From Leucoraja ocellata (lineage: Eukaryota): a stretch of DNA of 64,000 nucleotides. The translations under genes were made by a program, and so were the position numbers. Positions 1 to 13,505 of the stretch are shown here, piece after piece. Position 1 is the first letter of the stretch; the number at the start of each line of letters is the position of its first letter. The stretch spans positions 4,278,001 through 4,342,000 of the forward strand of contig JAWMAR010000036.1 of NCBI GenBank assembly GCA_036785375.1, in the 5' to 3' direction. The notes under the pieces were generated by a model. It was not told the origin of the DNA. It made no database searches and saw nothing but the letters and a program-made list of their open reading frames with translations.

Positions 1-275
1 CAAGAGAAAATTGAGGAAGGAATATTTGAAAGCAGTTCAAAATACAAATTATAGTGAACTAGATATTCTGATATCAAAGGTTAAATATTCAGGTGCAGTC
101 ATTATTTTTTTTAAATCGCTCCACATGACTGGTATTTCATGTTACATGTGAAATAATTGTTACTTAGAAGTGATTTGAAGGATATGATCTTATTGAAGGT
201 TCGTTGATAACAGAAAGTTTAAGACTGAAGCTCAAGCAAGTCATAAACATCAACTGAATCCCTGAAAGTAGATTA

Positions 276-450
276 CAATAGACAATAGACAATAGGTGCA
301 GGAGTAGGCCATTCGGCCTTTCGAGCCAGCACCGCCATTCAATGTGATCATGACTGATCATCCACAATCAGTATCCCGTTCCTGCCTTCTCCCCATATCC
401 CCTGACTCCGCTATGTTTAAGAGCCCTATTTAGCTCTCTCTTTGAAAGCA
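276..450 (-). mobile_element. CR1/HER1-type LINE 3' end fragment
   Basis: (CAATAGA)n tail followed by ggtgcaggagtaggccattcggcc...ccattcaatgtgatcatg, the reverse complement of the CR1-type 3' UTR seen at 4503-4737. Confidence 0.8.
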
Positions 451-2309
451 ATCTCTTTAATCTATTTCAATTTATTGTATGTACAATTTGAATTGTGGTA
501 GTTATTATTTTCATGAACCTTTAACTCAAATGATGGCTGTCAGTGCCAAGGAAATTATTGATAGGGCATCATTATTTTGGTTTTGAAAACTAATCTGCAG
601 ACTAACATCAGAAAACTATGTCCATAAGAAACCACATTCATGGGAAGGACATCTGCTAAATACATAATAAATCCAAGAAGCCAACACACTTAAAGGTATC
701 ATACATGTAAAGACTATGTTGCATCTATGTTTGATGAACAAAACTATCATCCAAAGCAATACATTGATGACATTTGTTATCTGTATTAACCTCATGATGT
801 GGCTGTCTGCAAAAATACGATTTTGTGTATTTTAAAGGATGGACCTATTTGAATATAGCTCTCTATTAATAGAATACCACTTTTTTCCCCTCAAAGCAGA
901 TCATATCATTATTGTAGAATAGGTCCATTGAGGCATAATGCTTTGTTGTAATTAAAAATGGGGTTTAACTTGCATGACAAAATGCATAGTTAAGTGGTGA
1001 AATTGAAATATATTTGCATCCAATATGTGCCATACAACGTGGGCCTTCAGAACATGGTCTCACTGACTGACACATCAAATGCATTGAACGGCATGAATCC
1101 ATCTCCTTTTGATGTGAGCTAAAGCTGATTCAGAACAGTATGGTTTTTTCCAATTTAACATCCCTTTTACAATATAATTAATGTTTTTGCTGAAAAACAA
1201 CAATTTCCGAAATGAAAATTAGCTATTGCAACTGAAAATTCTCTTTCCTTCAGGTTTTAGTTAGAGATTTCAAAATAATGCTTATTTAATTTTTTGTTTG
1301 GATATCTTAATCCAATCTTTCTTTCCCTTTATTTCTACTTCTGTATGTGATTTACACCCACATTTATCCATTGCAGGTAATATTTCATTCTTTGTCTGTG
1401 TGCTGTAATTTCTCCATCCGTTCAGGAGATACTGAGTCCTGAACATTATAACCCAGTGTTTCACCAATTTACCAGTCAAAAAGTATAAATGTCTATTTAT
1501 GTGTAAAGGGGTTTGCATTGGAAACAGACCAAACTTTAGATGCATAGCAAATTAGAAATATTTAGTCAAAAGTATGTACAGGTGTTGGATTCAAATACGA
1601 ATGATATATTTTCAAATGCATTGATAACTATAAAACTATTAATTTCCAGAAAGCTGTTAGATATCTATTTTGAGCATTTAAGACTCCTTCCAATTAAACC
1701 CCGTTTTACCTGCAAATTACATCATATATTTGGAAACAGACAAAATATATATAATAAACAATGAGGTTGAATTAACTTTAAAGCAAAACAGAATGTTAAT
1801 TTAACCTTCTTTTCAAAGGGTAGTATTAGTGAAATAATGGTAAACAGTCTCCAAACAAATAAGAAGATCTTTTTTTAATCAGAATATATTACATCATTGT
1901 ACTGAAATTATTTGTACAATTTCAAAATATATGAAAAAAATTATAATTATGAATAATGACACTATTTACATTTGAAAACATGGATATTCCCCAATCTTCT
2001 TTGATGTTGGTAGATTATAAATACAAGTTAAATTGCTATCACCTGATTTTTTGTAATGATTATTGACATTTCCCTACATTGAAAATTATGTACAGAAGGA
2101 AATATATTTAATTAATGGAACCCATGTTTATGGCATTTGGTTTTCCAAATGTTTTTATATCCCAAAAATAAATAATGCAATATCATAAAAAGGTATTGTG
2201 GGCCATTTATATTCATTTTAATGGAATTGTTCTTTGACACATTGCTTCTGTGAATCAGTCTACACAGTTGCTGTATTGAATAATTGCTTGAAACAATCTT
2301 TAAAAATAA

Positions 2310-3103
2310 TGGGCCTGTCCCACTTAGGTGACTTTTTAGGCGACTGCAGGAGACTATGCAGTCGCCACATGGTCACCACATGTCCGCGGCTGGTTGCCGG
2401 GGAGTCGCCTTCATGGTCGTGAGGAGTTCCCGCATCCTGGGAACTAGTCATGGCCTCATTATGGTCGCCGCAAATTTTTCAACATGGTGAAAAATTAGCG
2501 GCGACCAGAATGAAGCAGCCATGGAGAGTAGCGAGAATTCTCGTGCCGTAGGTGGGTCACCAGGAGGTCCTAGTGGGTTGCAAGGAGGTCGAAAGTTCTC
2601 AAAGGTTCTCGTAGGTTGTATTTCATTGGCTCATTGGGAAAAAAAGGTAAGCAGTAGTTTTTGGAACCAAGGATAACCGACCGGTAATGTTAAATGTCCA
2701 CCGAGCTTCACAGTCATGTATCTCTGGCTCCACACTTTCTCCGGCCTTCTCTCCCCTCTCTCCCCTCTCTCCCCTCTCTCCACTCTCTCCACTCTCTCCA
2801 CTCTCTCCACTCTCCCCCCTCTCTCCCCTCTTCCCCCACCCCCTGCTTTTAAAGGACAGCGCCAACCTTCCTGTTCATCGCGGTGTGTGCCTGTATCACC
2901 TTGTCATTGCACCCGTCTGAATTTCACTCAGACAGCGGTCCCCCCACTTGCCCTGTCCCCCGCCTGCATAATGAAGGTGAAGGAAGCGATGTGTGTGTGT
3001 GTGTGTGATCCACTCTGACAGTCGCCGTTCCAGTTGCCAGTTTTTCAGGCGACTGCCGGCAACTTGACAGTCGACGGCAAAAATCGCCTGTGGGACAGGT
3101 CCA
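2310..3103. mobile_element. Non-autonomous PIF/Harbinger-like MITE
   Basis: TIRs tgggcctgtcccac (2310) and gtgggacaggtcca (3090-3103), flanked by TAA/TCA. CpG-rich interior with imperfect palindrome tttttcaacatggtgaaaaa. Same TIR as the elements at 28958 and 52342. Confidence 0.75.
2747..2833. repeat. 9-bp pyrimidine tandem repeat (ctctcccct/ctctccact)n inside the MITE
   Basis: Directly visible; it produces the SPL/GES repeat ORFs in the track. Confidence 0.9.
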
Positions 3104-4502
3104 TCAGGCTTCCATATAGTACCAAAAATTAATAATTTTGTCTTTTGCTTCTCAACACATACAACTCACAAGTGTAAATTTTCAAGCAGAAGAATTTTAA
3201 CAAAATTAGGCATATTTATTCTTTCTCGAAGCACTGATCAGGCAGCAGCAGTCACAATAAAAATGGATCTACAGACAAAGTATGAAATTGGCAGTATTTG
3301 TTTCAGTGTTAGTAAGATGTTGAATGGCATTTTGCTCAGGTATTATTTATTTCATTAGGACAGGTACTGCCTGGCATTGCTAAGTGGTCATACTTATGCA
3401 TTTGCGTATAATCAATATGCAATGTTTGATAAATTGCCTATACATAATTTATAAAAAGATTCTTAGTGCTTGACCAGTTACCTATAACAGCATCCTATTA
3501 TATTGCCAGCACTATAGTTTCACATGACTGCATTTGAGCCATTTGACTTTCTTTTTACTCTATTTAGGATGATTGATTTTGACTAATGGCTTGATTGCAA
3601 ATTCTCATGAATCACTTGGCCCTTAGCATTCTTTACACTGGTTTCCAGTTTCTGTCTTACGAGTATATGTAAATAACTAGATTGGTTGTACTCTCGTACC
3701 ATCTGCAGTATTTGACAGGTAAACTTGAAGTAAACTGACAAGAAGCCTATCACTGTCCTGAAAGAACTTAGAATGCAATATAACCTTCTTGTAGAAAACA
3801 AAATATAATGTTGAGGGGTCTGAAATGAAACTTTGGCCACAAACCATTACACGGTTGTTTGTACCTGTACTTTACAGTCTGGGGTGTACTTGTATTTATT
3901 TTGGCTGAAACAAAAGCTCTATGCAAAAAAAAGTAGATTTTACAGGGTTAATTCATCTGTGCTATTCTGTTTTAAAGTTCATAATGAAATGGCACAGCAA
4001 TACCACGAGAATTATAAATGCAGCTTAGTAACTAGTTCAAAACTTTCAAATGAATTTAGCCACAAATCACAGATCTCTGATTCTGTTTCTACAAACACTG
4101 AGATATAACCAGGTATTTTGTGACCATAATGATTTGTTTGCCGCCCTGTTATGTTCCACAGAACGGAATACAATCTGGAGAAGTGCACTTTACTGCATTT
4201 GGAGAGATGCTGCAAGGCAAGGGAACACACAATTAATGGGGGATGATAAGTATTTTGGAAGGACAAAGTGATATGGAGGGTATGTCCATAAATCCTTACA
4301 GGTAGAAAGATAAGTTGATAAAAGTAATCAAAAATGTAGACAGGAACCTTTCCTTTATAAACTGGGAATAAATTAGTTGAGAGGACACACAGCTACACGT
4401 CTTATTGGTTAAACTGAGAACTGTTTACACCTCTACTCACTACATCACAGGAAGTATGTGATTGCATTGCATTCTATCAATAAGTGGAAAATTTAATCCT
4501 TG

Positions 4503-4737
4503 AGGAGTGGTGAATCTCTGGAACTCTCTGCCACAGAGGGTAGTTGAGGCCAGTTCATTGGCTATATTTAAGAGGGAGTTAGATGTGGCCCTTGTGGCTA
4601 AGGGGATCAGGGGGTATGGAGAGAAGGCAGGTACGGGATACTGAGTTGGATGATCAGCCATGATCATATTGAATGGCAGTGCAGGCTCGAAGGGCCGAAT
4701 GGCCTACTCCTGCACCTAATTTCTATGTTTCTATGTT
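4503..4737 (+). mobile_element. CR1/HER1-type LINE 3' end, little diverged
   Basis: gtggtgaatctctggaactctctgccacagagg (CR1 ORF2 C-terminal VVNLWNSLP) ... ggctcgaagggccgaatggcctactcctgcacc, then a (tttctatg)n tail. Confidence 0.85.
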
Positions 4738-4744
4738 GGATAGG

Positions 4745-4902
4745 GTAGAACAGTATAGCACGGAACAGGTCATTTGATTCACAATGTCCGTGTTGAACAT
4801 GATGCAGGTTAAACTAATCTCCCCTGCTTGCGCATGATCCATATCCCTCCATTACCTGAGTACGTATATCTAAAAGCCTGTTAAATGCTCCCATCGGATC
4901 TG
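4745..4902 (-). mobile_element. CR1-type LINE 3' end fragment (second subfamily)
   Basis: tagaacagtatagcac...atgatccatatccctcc; closely similar to 61995-62297. Confidence 0.65.
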
Positions 4903-4904
4903 GG

Positions 4905-5210
4905 ATAGTTCCTTTGGAGAAGAGGTAGCTGAGGAGAAACTTAATTGAAGTGTTTAAAATGATGAGGGGGGCTAGGTTGGTTGAATAAGAAGTATTCTAA
5001 GTAATTTTTGAGAATTTGAGGAATAGTGAGGAAATATGGTTTCATCCAGACTGGATGGGGTCTGGAACTCATCTGAAAAGAGGCTTTCATCACATTTAAA
5101 ATGCACTTGATGCACTTGAAGTGCAATGACTGGCAGAATTCTGAGCAAAGTGTTTGAAGAAAGGATTAGGCTTGGTAGTTATTTTTAACAGAATGGACAT
5201 AATGGCCTAA
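4905..5210 (+). mobile_element. Old CR1 3' fragment
   Basis: ttggagaagaggtagctgaggagaaacttaattgaagtgtttaaaatgatgagggg resembles the CR1 motif LEKRRLRGDLIEVFKMMRG. Confidence 0.6.
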
Positions 5211-5211
5211 A

Positions 5212-6090
5212 CAAGGAAAGCAACTGGAGGATCTCAATGGGTCAGGTAGCATCTGTGGAGAATTGTGGACAGTCAATGTTTTGGGTCAAGGCCCTTCATT
5301 GAGACTGGAAGAGCAGAAGGAAACTAGCCAGTAATAAATAACTGGGGGGAGAGGTGGGACAAGAGCTGGCAATGATAGGCGATACAGGTGAGGAGGGGGT
5401 GATTGGCTGAAAACAGTCAGGTGGGAAGGAAAGGATGGAGATAACAAGAGAGACTGGGAGGTTTTGTGGAAAACAAAAGGCAGCAGATTTTGGAAGCTAA
5501 TAGGTAAAAAAGGTGAAGAATGGAACTGATGAAGGATGATGGCAGTTGGGAACAACAGAAGTTGGAGAGGGGTGAGCAGTGGTGAAGAAGAGAGGGCAGG
5601 AAGAAGAGAAACTGAATGAAAGAGGGCTGGGAGGTGAGGTGGGAAGCAGGGTGTGTGCAAAAAGAGTATACAGGTGGAGAAGGAAAGGGTCAGAGAGGGT
5701 ATGAGTTCCCTGAAATTTGAGATTTCATTGTTTATGCTATTGGGTTGTTGACTACCCAGAAAGAATATGAGGTCCTGTTCCTTTACTTTGCATTTGGTCT
5801 CACCCTGGAGAAGGCTGAGGTCAAACAGGTCAGTGTGGGAATGGGTAAGGGAGTTAAATGATTGGCAACCGGGGGATTCGGATGACTGTGTTTAATCTCT
5901 CCGTGTTGAGGAAGTCACATGGAGAGGACTGAATGCAATAGACACGGTTGGAGAAGATGCAGGTGAATCTCTGCCTCACTTGGAGGGGCTGTTTAGATCC
6001 CTGGATGGTGGTAAAGGGGGGAGAAGTGTTATATCTCCTACGATTGCTGGGAAAAGTGCCAGGGAAGGGGGAGGGATGGGTGTGGATGGA
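5212..6090 (-). mobile_element. Penelope-like element 3' part (GIY-YIG remnant plus hammerhead-like tail)
   Basis: ORF 5854-6144 reads PGTFPSNRRR...FTTIQGSKQPLQVRQRFTCIFSNRVYCIQ, the Penelope linker and GIY-YIG start. The tail at 5270-5307 reads CAGTC-TCAATGA-AGGGCCTTGACCC-AAAACATT-GACTG on the minus strand. Confidence 0.8.
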
Positions 6091-6267
6091 AGAGCAAATC
6101 AGGATACCTATAGTTCCAAATGATATTATAGTTGGAAATAACATAATTACTCAGTTCAGTTAAAACTAAATTGTCAAAATAAATGTTTATATTAATTAAA
6201 TGCTAATTAAGAGAGCAATGGATCTTTAACATTCAGTTTTGAGAAGCCAAATGCTGCAATGGGGATG

Positions 6268-6395
6268 TTTAAGAAGGAACTGCAGATGCTGGAAAATTGA
6301 AGGTCTGAAGAAGGGTTTCAGCCCGAAACGTTGCCTATTTCCTTCGTTCCATAGATGCTGCTGCACCCGCTGAGTTTCTCCAGCATTTTTGTGTA
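6268..6395. mobile_element. Short Penelope-tail-derived element with internal inversion and 15-bp TSD
   Basis: Exact direct repeat gctgcaatggggatg at 6253-6267 and 6396-6410; contains CTGAAGA-A-GGGTTTCAGCCC-GAAACGTT at 6305-6332. Confidence 0.85.
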
Positions 6396-8377
6396 GCTGC
6401 AATGGGGATGACTGGTTAAAGCCAAGTGATTGTTCTGCTCATCCACCAATCTAACATAATGGCTATCATGCCATGTTTAGGACTGGAGTTCTGTGGGTCA
6501 ACAAAGCATGTGACTAATCTGCAACTCATCTGTGGCTTAGGAAAGGAGGAGAGACCAAGCCCAGCGGGGAGAAGAAGAAATGGATAGAAACAGAAAATAA
6601 AACAAATTGTGGTGATTTTGTCCAATATGGACCTTCTTTAAACGAACAATTGTTGATTCTTATTACTTATGTTCAATTACTTTCAACCACACCAGATCTT
6701 AATTTAAAAATAATTCCCTTCTAATAGTGATTTGTGGTTAATAAAGGAAGAAAATGTTTGACTGACTTTGGCGTAAACTCATCACAATTAACAAGATGGA
6801 AATTCTGAGTCATTGTGGCCTGTATATGAAAATATTCATTAACCTGGGATTGAATACTGTAATGCTCTTGTCAAGGGCCATTAGGAAAGTATCAAACTAA
6901 GTGAGCTTGCAACAAATATAGCTGGACAAATGCAAATCTTCATAGTCATACAGTGTTAAACACAGTGCAGTAAGGAAGGAACACTCCTCAATGATGAGGA
7001 AATTGCAGTGCTGACTATTCATTTGCTATAATTACGCCTTGAAATGTTCTATTTCAGGTTTACATAACGGTAGTGAGCACACTTGTACAACATAATTTTC
7101 AACTAGGAAACAGGTGTGTGTGTATGGTGATATGAAGGAGTGTGGGGGGGGTGAGAAGGGAGAAAGCACTTTACAGCATAAAAAAACAGGCATTTTGGTT
7201 TCATGCATTAGTACTCAGCTAATTGTAATAATTCTTTTTATAATCTTTATCACAAGTTTGGCAGTCAGTTTAAATGTTTCTACAGGCTAGTTACTCTGCT
7301 GATCAGAGCATAAAGGAAATCATGTGAAAGAAATTATATAGCAATTTAGTAATGACTTGGTCAGCTGTTCTTCATTTTGCTTCACTTTATTGCATTGGTT
7401 TATGAGGCTCAGACTCGGGTCAATTTTGCAAATAGTATCACTGCAGCCATGGTTATACTAAACTATGCAGAACTGTGTATGGAATCAGTGTAATTAACTA
7501 GGAAACAATAATATATTTAAAACAATTAATATGTGTTGTGATTTTCTATTGAATGCCTTAAACCACTTTTGAGGCTGGCTATTAAACATCATGTGCCAAC
7601 TGTAAGTCAATGTGATGGTTTGTTAAAGTGCCAACAATGCTGTCATCACCTCAAGTGCATAAACCACAGATCTGAAATCTTTGATAAAGTCTCAAACATA
7701 ATAAACAACTTTTTCCCCCCCTTAATGTTTATCAGATGGGCAGTTGAAGTTTTGTAAGATTTGATTAACTGATTATCCCTCCACTGAAAATAGAGACCTT
7801 GAGACAGAATTAACAATCTGTGGTTTGTGATTCAGTTTCTTGAAAGCCAACAATGCTGGAGGTACTGAATATTTTAAGGTTATTTCATCTGTCATACTCC
7901 ACATCTGAGCACGTCCTTCCTAATGTCCCCAGGGGCAGAGGAACTATGTGTATTCATCCAAAGTTGGATAAGGTCAAAAACTAAACATATTGAGTGGAAT
8001 AATTAGATTATTCCTTCATCCTTTAAGAGCAGAGTGTTAAATATAAGAAAATGTTGAGCTTGAAGTACCCAGTGGATATACACAGGTTTGGGCAAATAGC
8101 TTTGCTAATGGGCATTGTGTTCATTTTTCACACTCTATATCCAGAGAATGGGCAGGCTGGCTTTTTTAGAAACCCACAGATAATTCTGCCAGCCATAATG
8201 AGGCAGTATATCTTTTATATTTATGGCAATATATTCATCACTGGCATGGCATATCTTGATATGCTGTGTCCAGCTATAAGACATGACAAATATTTGTAAT
8301 GATGGAAAAAATTTAAAAATTGTCACCGTCAATCATAGTTGTCACTGAATTGCAGACTTAATATAGAATATATGGAT

Positions 8378-8656
8378 TTCAAGATGGCGGCAGATGAAGG
8401 AGAGGATCGGTGCTACCAGGGCAACGGGCCTTTAAGGCCAAGATAAGATTGTTTTCTTAAAAACTTTGGCACCAAAAACGTGGTGACTCTTTGTGTACTA
8501 CCTCGGTGAAGTCTACTATTACACTACAATTATTGTACTTTTGTACTTATCTATGATTCTGCTTATCTATTATATGATTTTACTAGATTGTATGCGAAAC
8601 AAAAAATGTCACCGTACATGGGTACATGTGACAATAAAGTATCATCATCATCATCA
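8378..8656 (+). mobile_element. Short non-autonomous retroelement with Rex1/L2-like tail
   Basis: Starts caagatggcggc and ends catgtgacaataaagta(tca)n; the tail resembles that of the Rex1/Babar element at 25355. Confidence 0.5.
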
Positions 8657-11600
8657 AAAGTCATACTACTTTTTGTGCGTTGGGCTCTTTCTCAGCATCA
8701 GCCCAATATTGCCCAATGAATACCATTGTGTGAGAACATTTAGACTGTGTAGCTGGCAATGCTTGAACGGATGGAATACTTCCAGTAAATCACTGGGGAA
8801 AAAACAGCATAATATGATCTGCAAAATTCATGTTTTGGCACATATTCTCAAGAATAGCTCTGTCAGATTAAAGCCATGCTACCAATGCCACTGATTTACA
8901 GGTTAAGAAATTCAGTAATCTCCTTCTCATTGTTAGTTCTCAGGATTTAAGAAATGATGTTGTGACGTTTGAAGCCATTTTGGTTGTCTCCCATTATTAT
9001 TAAACCAAACAGCGCATATATCGAGAACACTTATTTGTGGATTTCCTGTTTTTATTTTCAGCATTTTGTAGGGTGCTTGTCACAGATATGTTGAAAGCAC
9101 CATTGGAAAAAGCCACAGTGCACTGTTGCTTTTTGTTAAATGATTAAGATCTTATAATCATGTTTTTGAAGATGCATTACATGCAATGCTGTTAAAAGCA
9201 ATATAATGGACTAGACAGATGGTCACTGTACTGACTAACACCTGTGTGTATAAACTGCTAAGAGTCAAAAAATCATTGTGATTTCAAGAAAGCTAGAATG
9301 TAAACAAAGCTGGTTAAAGTAAATCAACCAGGACCCTCATATTCATAGGTGATGACAAACAGCAGCTGCCGAAAATTTGTAGGCAGTCGCATCCAACACA
9401 TTTTACTATAAAAGTGTAACGTTAAAACAGATCAGTTTTTGCTCTTCCCAGCTGCCCATGTTCCAATATTATTCTGTGCCATTATGGAATAAAATGCTTT
9501 TGTTTCTATTTATTCAGTTAACTTTGTCAGTGTACCTAAAGGTTCTTTATGTTTTGCTAAAAGATTAATGATATGTATTTTGGGGAGTAATTAAAATGTT
9601 ATGTACCTTTTTAGTTCTCCTATTCCTCGAGTCAATATCTGTCCTTCATCTCAATAGAAAGATTGTATGGTTAACATGAAGGATTCTTCTCCAGATGCCT
9701 CTGTGAATTCTTGGCTCACCGACAAGAAACTGTGTTTGAAGACTTGTTAGGCAGTTTTCCTGTTCAAAAAAGTTTGTACATGTTGGTAAAATGCATCCTC
9801 TAGTGGAAAATAAAATAATCGTGTCAGCAGAAAGCTAATTCAAGCCAAGTCTTTCCAGATATACTTGACTGGCGTTACCAGGCAATCTATATTTCTGACT
9901 TGCATTTTGGCAAACTTGACTGGACTAAAACAATTTATGGGACACAGATTTCTTTTTCAGTGAAACACAAGCAAAATTGAATTTAGCTTTAGATAGGTAA
10001 TTAAAATAACAAACTGAAAATGTTGAACTCGTAACGCAGATTTATAGGCCAAACAGTGCAAAGAGAGCTATTTTTATTCGTTCGTAAAATTGAAAATAAA
10101 GTTTGAATAGGTTTTTACGAGGCTAGTCAATAACTGATGGCCTTGCCAGCAATGGACACATCTCGAAAATGACTTAACAAAATTGCCCAAAATTTTTTGA
10201 GATTTACATTTAAGTTGCCAGAGTTATAATTTATTTATCCAGCTAATTTATTACTACTATTATATGAGGCCTGTAGTGTTTAGTTTAATTAAAATAAAGA
10301 CAAGTTCTGTACTAGTAGGATCTGGATTGTACTACTTTAATGTCATGTCAGATCTGCATGAATCGTGCACCACTATCAAGGCCTTCTCCTGACCTGAATT
10401 GGGCAATAAATGGAGAGGTCTGAGCTTGTCTCGTCGTGTTTATTCATTCAGTAGTCATTCAAATGGACTGCTTTAACCAGCAGTTTTGTATCCCTTATTG
10501 GTGTTACACTAACAGTTGGGAGTTCGCTTCTACCCAGTAGCCCCCGGCTCATTGGTTGTATGTGCATCTAATGCTTCAGTAGGAAAACCAACAACTGTAG
10601 GCATTCGGCAAAGATAAAGATTTATTGGTTAAGATGCATGGCAGGTCGAGCAACTGATGCTGAATCCCGCTAAATTAAAAGTAAACATTTCTCTATGAAG
10701 GATTGAATGTCCAAACAAACACTCTTTTACTTCTGTCCTTTATTCCCATTTTTAATGGGATGAGAACAGATAGACGGGACTTGAAAACAGGAAGAGATTC
10801 CAAGATGAGCTGTCGTGGGGCAATTATTCAATTCATGTTTCTTTTATTATATTCATATTGTTTGTTACATTTCAGTTTTAAGCAATTGAGCTGTGAGAGC
10901 AGGAATGCAAATAACCTGACAGCCAATATTATGTTTCACTTATTTCACTTACATTTTAAATTTGGAAATCAATGTCCCTGAAAAGAAGTTAATTCCTAAA
11001 CAAATGCTTGACCCATAAACACTGACTGTCCGCGGTTGGCCCTGGCCCACTGAGTTCCTCCAGCTGTTTTTTTTTGCTCTAGATTCCACCATCTGCAGAT
11101 GTTTGAGGCTCCAAAAGTCAAATGCTAACATCTACCACATTTGCCAATTGTTCAGACAACTGCCTGCTGCTAATGTACGCTGAGGTTTACGGTTAATGAG
11201 CTAAACGTCGCCAGCAGGTTCAAGGCATTATTTTGATCAATTGCCTATTAGCTACAAGTTATATCTTTTTTCCCGGGGGCAGGGTGAGTGGGGGGTGGTG
11301 ATTTCAAAATCTGTAAGAACTTTCAACAAACTTTATATGCCTTGGCACTTTAAAAAATATTCTCTCGTCTGTTTCCTATCCTTTTATCCCCTGTGGTTTT
11401 GTAGCTTAAAAGCTTGCAGGTAAGGTGCTACATTGCAAGTTATTACTGAGCTTTAATGATGTGATTGGCCCACACACAGGGCAATTATGTAATCAGCCTT
11501 AATTTTGGAGCCTAGTTTGAGCTTGTATAACGAATGGGAGGAAGGATTACTGTACAAATCAAGCCTACATTTTGCTGCTAATAAATTAGCAATGCCAAGA

Positions 11601-11968
11601 ATGTTTTCATTAAAGCAGCAGGAGAGAACAAAGTTTGAACTAAGCCTTTCGAACAGGAGCACAGAATTATGGGGACTTGCAGCCGTTTCAGTTGACTTTA
11701 TACATCTTAAAGGATCACCCATCCTTCCTTCGACAATACTTCCACGCACTATATATACGGAAAGCATTCAATATTTAAGTTACCAAGAGAATATCAAAGG
11801 TGAATAAAGCATAGCTCCAGTCTGTTCCTTTGCTTAGATCGACCCTGCCCTCTGCCTACCAATCTCCAGCACCTCCCTCGCCACCCTGCTGTCTGATTTC
11901 CATAATGCTAGTCTCCTCTCTTCTCCAGAGCTAGGGTGGTGAATCCACTGGACCCTATGTTAGTTCTT

Positions 11969-12802
11969 ACAAGATACAAGATACATTTAATTGTCATTTG
12001 GACCCCTTGAGGTCCAAACGAAATGCCGTTTCTGCAGCCATACATTACAAACACATAGACCCAAGACACAACATAATTCACATAAACATCCATCACATCG
12101 CTGTGATGGAAGGCCTAATAAACTTATCTCTCCACTGCACTCTCCCCCCCCCCCCCCTGATGTCAGAGTCAAAGTCAAAGCCCCCGGCTGGCGATGGCGA
12201 TTGTCCCGCGGCCATTAAAGCCACGCCGGGTGGTGCAAGGTCGCACACCGGGTCTTGGTGTTAGAGCCCCGGTGTGCGCTAGCAGAGTCCCGCGGCCATT
12301 CCAAGCCGCGCGGGGCAGTGATGTTAGGCCCCACTCCAGGAGCTCTTCAACCCCGCAACTCGGGCGGGGGAAGTCGCCGTTGCGAGAGCCCTGAAAAGCG
12401 GTCTCCCTCCAGGGAGCCGCAGGCTCCCGGTGCCACCGTCCACAGACCTGCCGTTGGAGCCTCCGACTCTCCGGTAGCAGCAGCAGCAGCAGCAGCAACA
12501 GCGCTCCTCCACCGCTCCACCCGCTCCGGACTCGGCCAGCCCCGCGACGGCGACGGTGAGTCGTAGCACCAGAGTCCCCGGCTTCTTCCTGTTGGAGGCC
12601 GCTCCTCGTTGCGGCCCCAACGACAACGGAAACCCGACGAGAAAGGTCGGGTCTCCAGTGCAGGGAGAGATTTAAAAAGTTCCCCCCACACACACACCCC
12701 AACAAAAAATAACAAAAACTACATTAAAACACAGACAAAAAATAATAAAACGCCGACAGACTGCAGAGGCCGCTGCTGACCAGAGTCGCGCCGCCCACCG
12801 GA
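11969..12802 (-). mobile_element. GC/CpG-rich non-autonomous retroelement with Rex1/L2-like tail
   Basis: On the minus strand it starts tccggtgggcggcgcgactc and ends aatgacaattaaatgtatcttgtatcttgta. Sharp GC contrast with the flanks, internal (CAG)n at about 12475-12501, no recognisable protein. Confidence 0.6.
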
Positions 12803-13505
12803 TTCTTCCCTTATTATACTCTACTCCTTGGTCCTAGTTTCTGAACCCATGAGATTATATGGGGATTTGTAATATTTAACCTCACCTTCCAATATCTTCA
12901 GGGCTGTTCCTCCCCTTTCCTGCTTCTAAACTGGGATTTGGTATGTCTGTTTGTATGAAAGATTAAACCATTACACACTCCAGTTGATTCAAATTGCTTA
13001 CTTCTGTTTTATTGCTATGGGAAAACTCCTGCCTGGTATCGAGGAAAAATCATGTCATGCTCTGTATCTTCCACAAATGATGGGCATTGACCCCATCATT
13101 GTCTACACTTCCAACTCCATCTAAGTCTTAGTGTGAAGTTGTGTCAAATTGTTCACTGAAGTCAGTTTCTCTCCACCTTAAATTCATCACCATGACCATT
13201 TCTTTCACCTCCAAAGAATGTTTCTATTTACTATTCCACGAGTTCCGTCAAAACTTAAATCTATATTATTTTTATTTTGGGTACCTCAGTTCTGACTGTC
13301 TCTATTTTGGATGACATGTCTAATTTCTTGCCAGCATGACAGTCTGCAACCTGCTCCTTTGGTCTTCAGTATTCTTCTCCCTTTATAATTTCTTCCCAAC
13401 TATGCAATATCCTATATTCATGTCCCATCATACATCCTTTCTTTCTTTTACTTATTTCTTTTGCTCCCACGTTAGAGGTGGTTGCAAACATTCTTTGCCT
13501 ATCTT

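Noticed and set aside
1051-1113. Possible small exon (ccttcag|aacatggtc...tttgat|gtgagc; NMVSLTDTSNALNGMNPSPFD)
   Set aside because: Weak polypyrimidine tract, unrecognised peptide and no partner exons; compatible with chance.
2623-3018. ORFs with GES/GER or SPL repeats (collagen-like look)
   Set aside because: They are translations of a 9-bp microsatellite inside a MITE; no splice context.
12175-12715. Overlapping 100-176 aa ORFs with poly-Ala, poly-Leu or poly-Cys
   Set aside because: High GC and a (CAG)n tract suppress stops in several frames; the region lies within a retroelement and has no recognisable domain.
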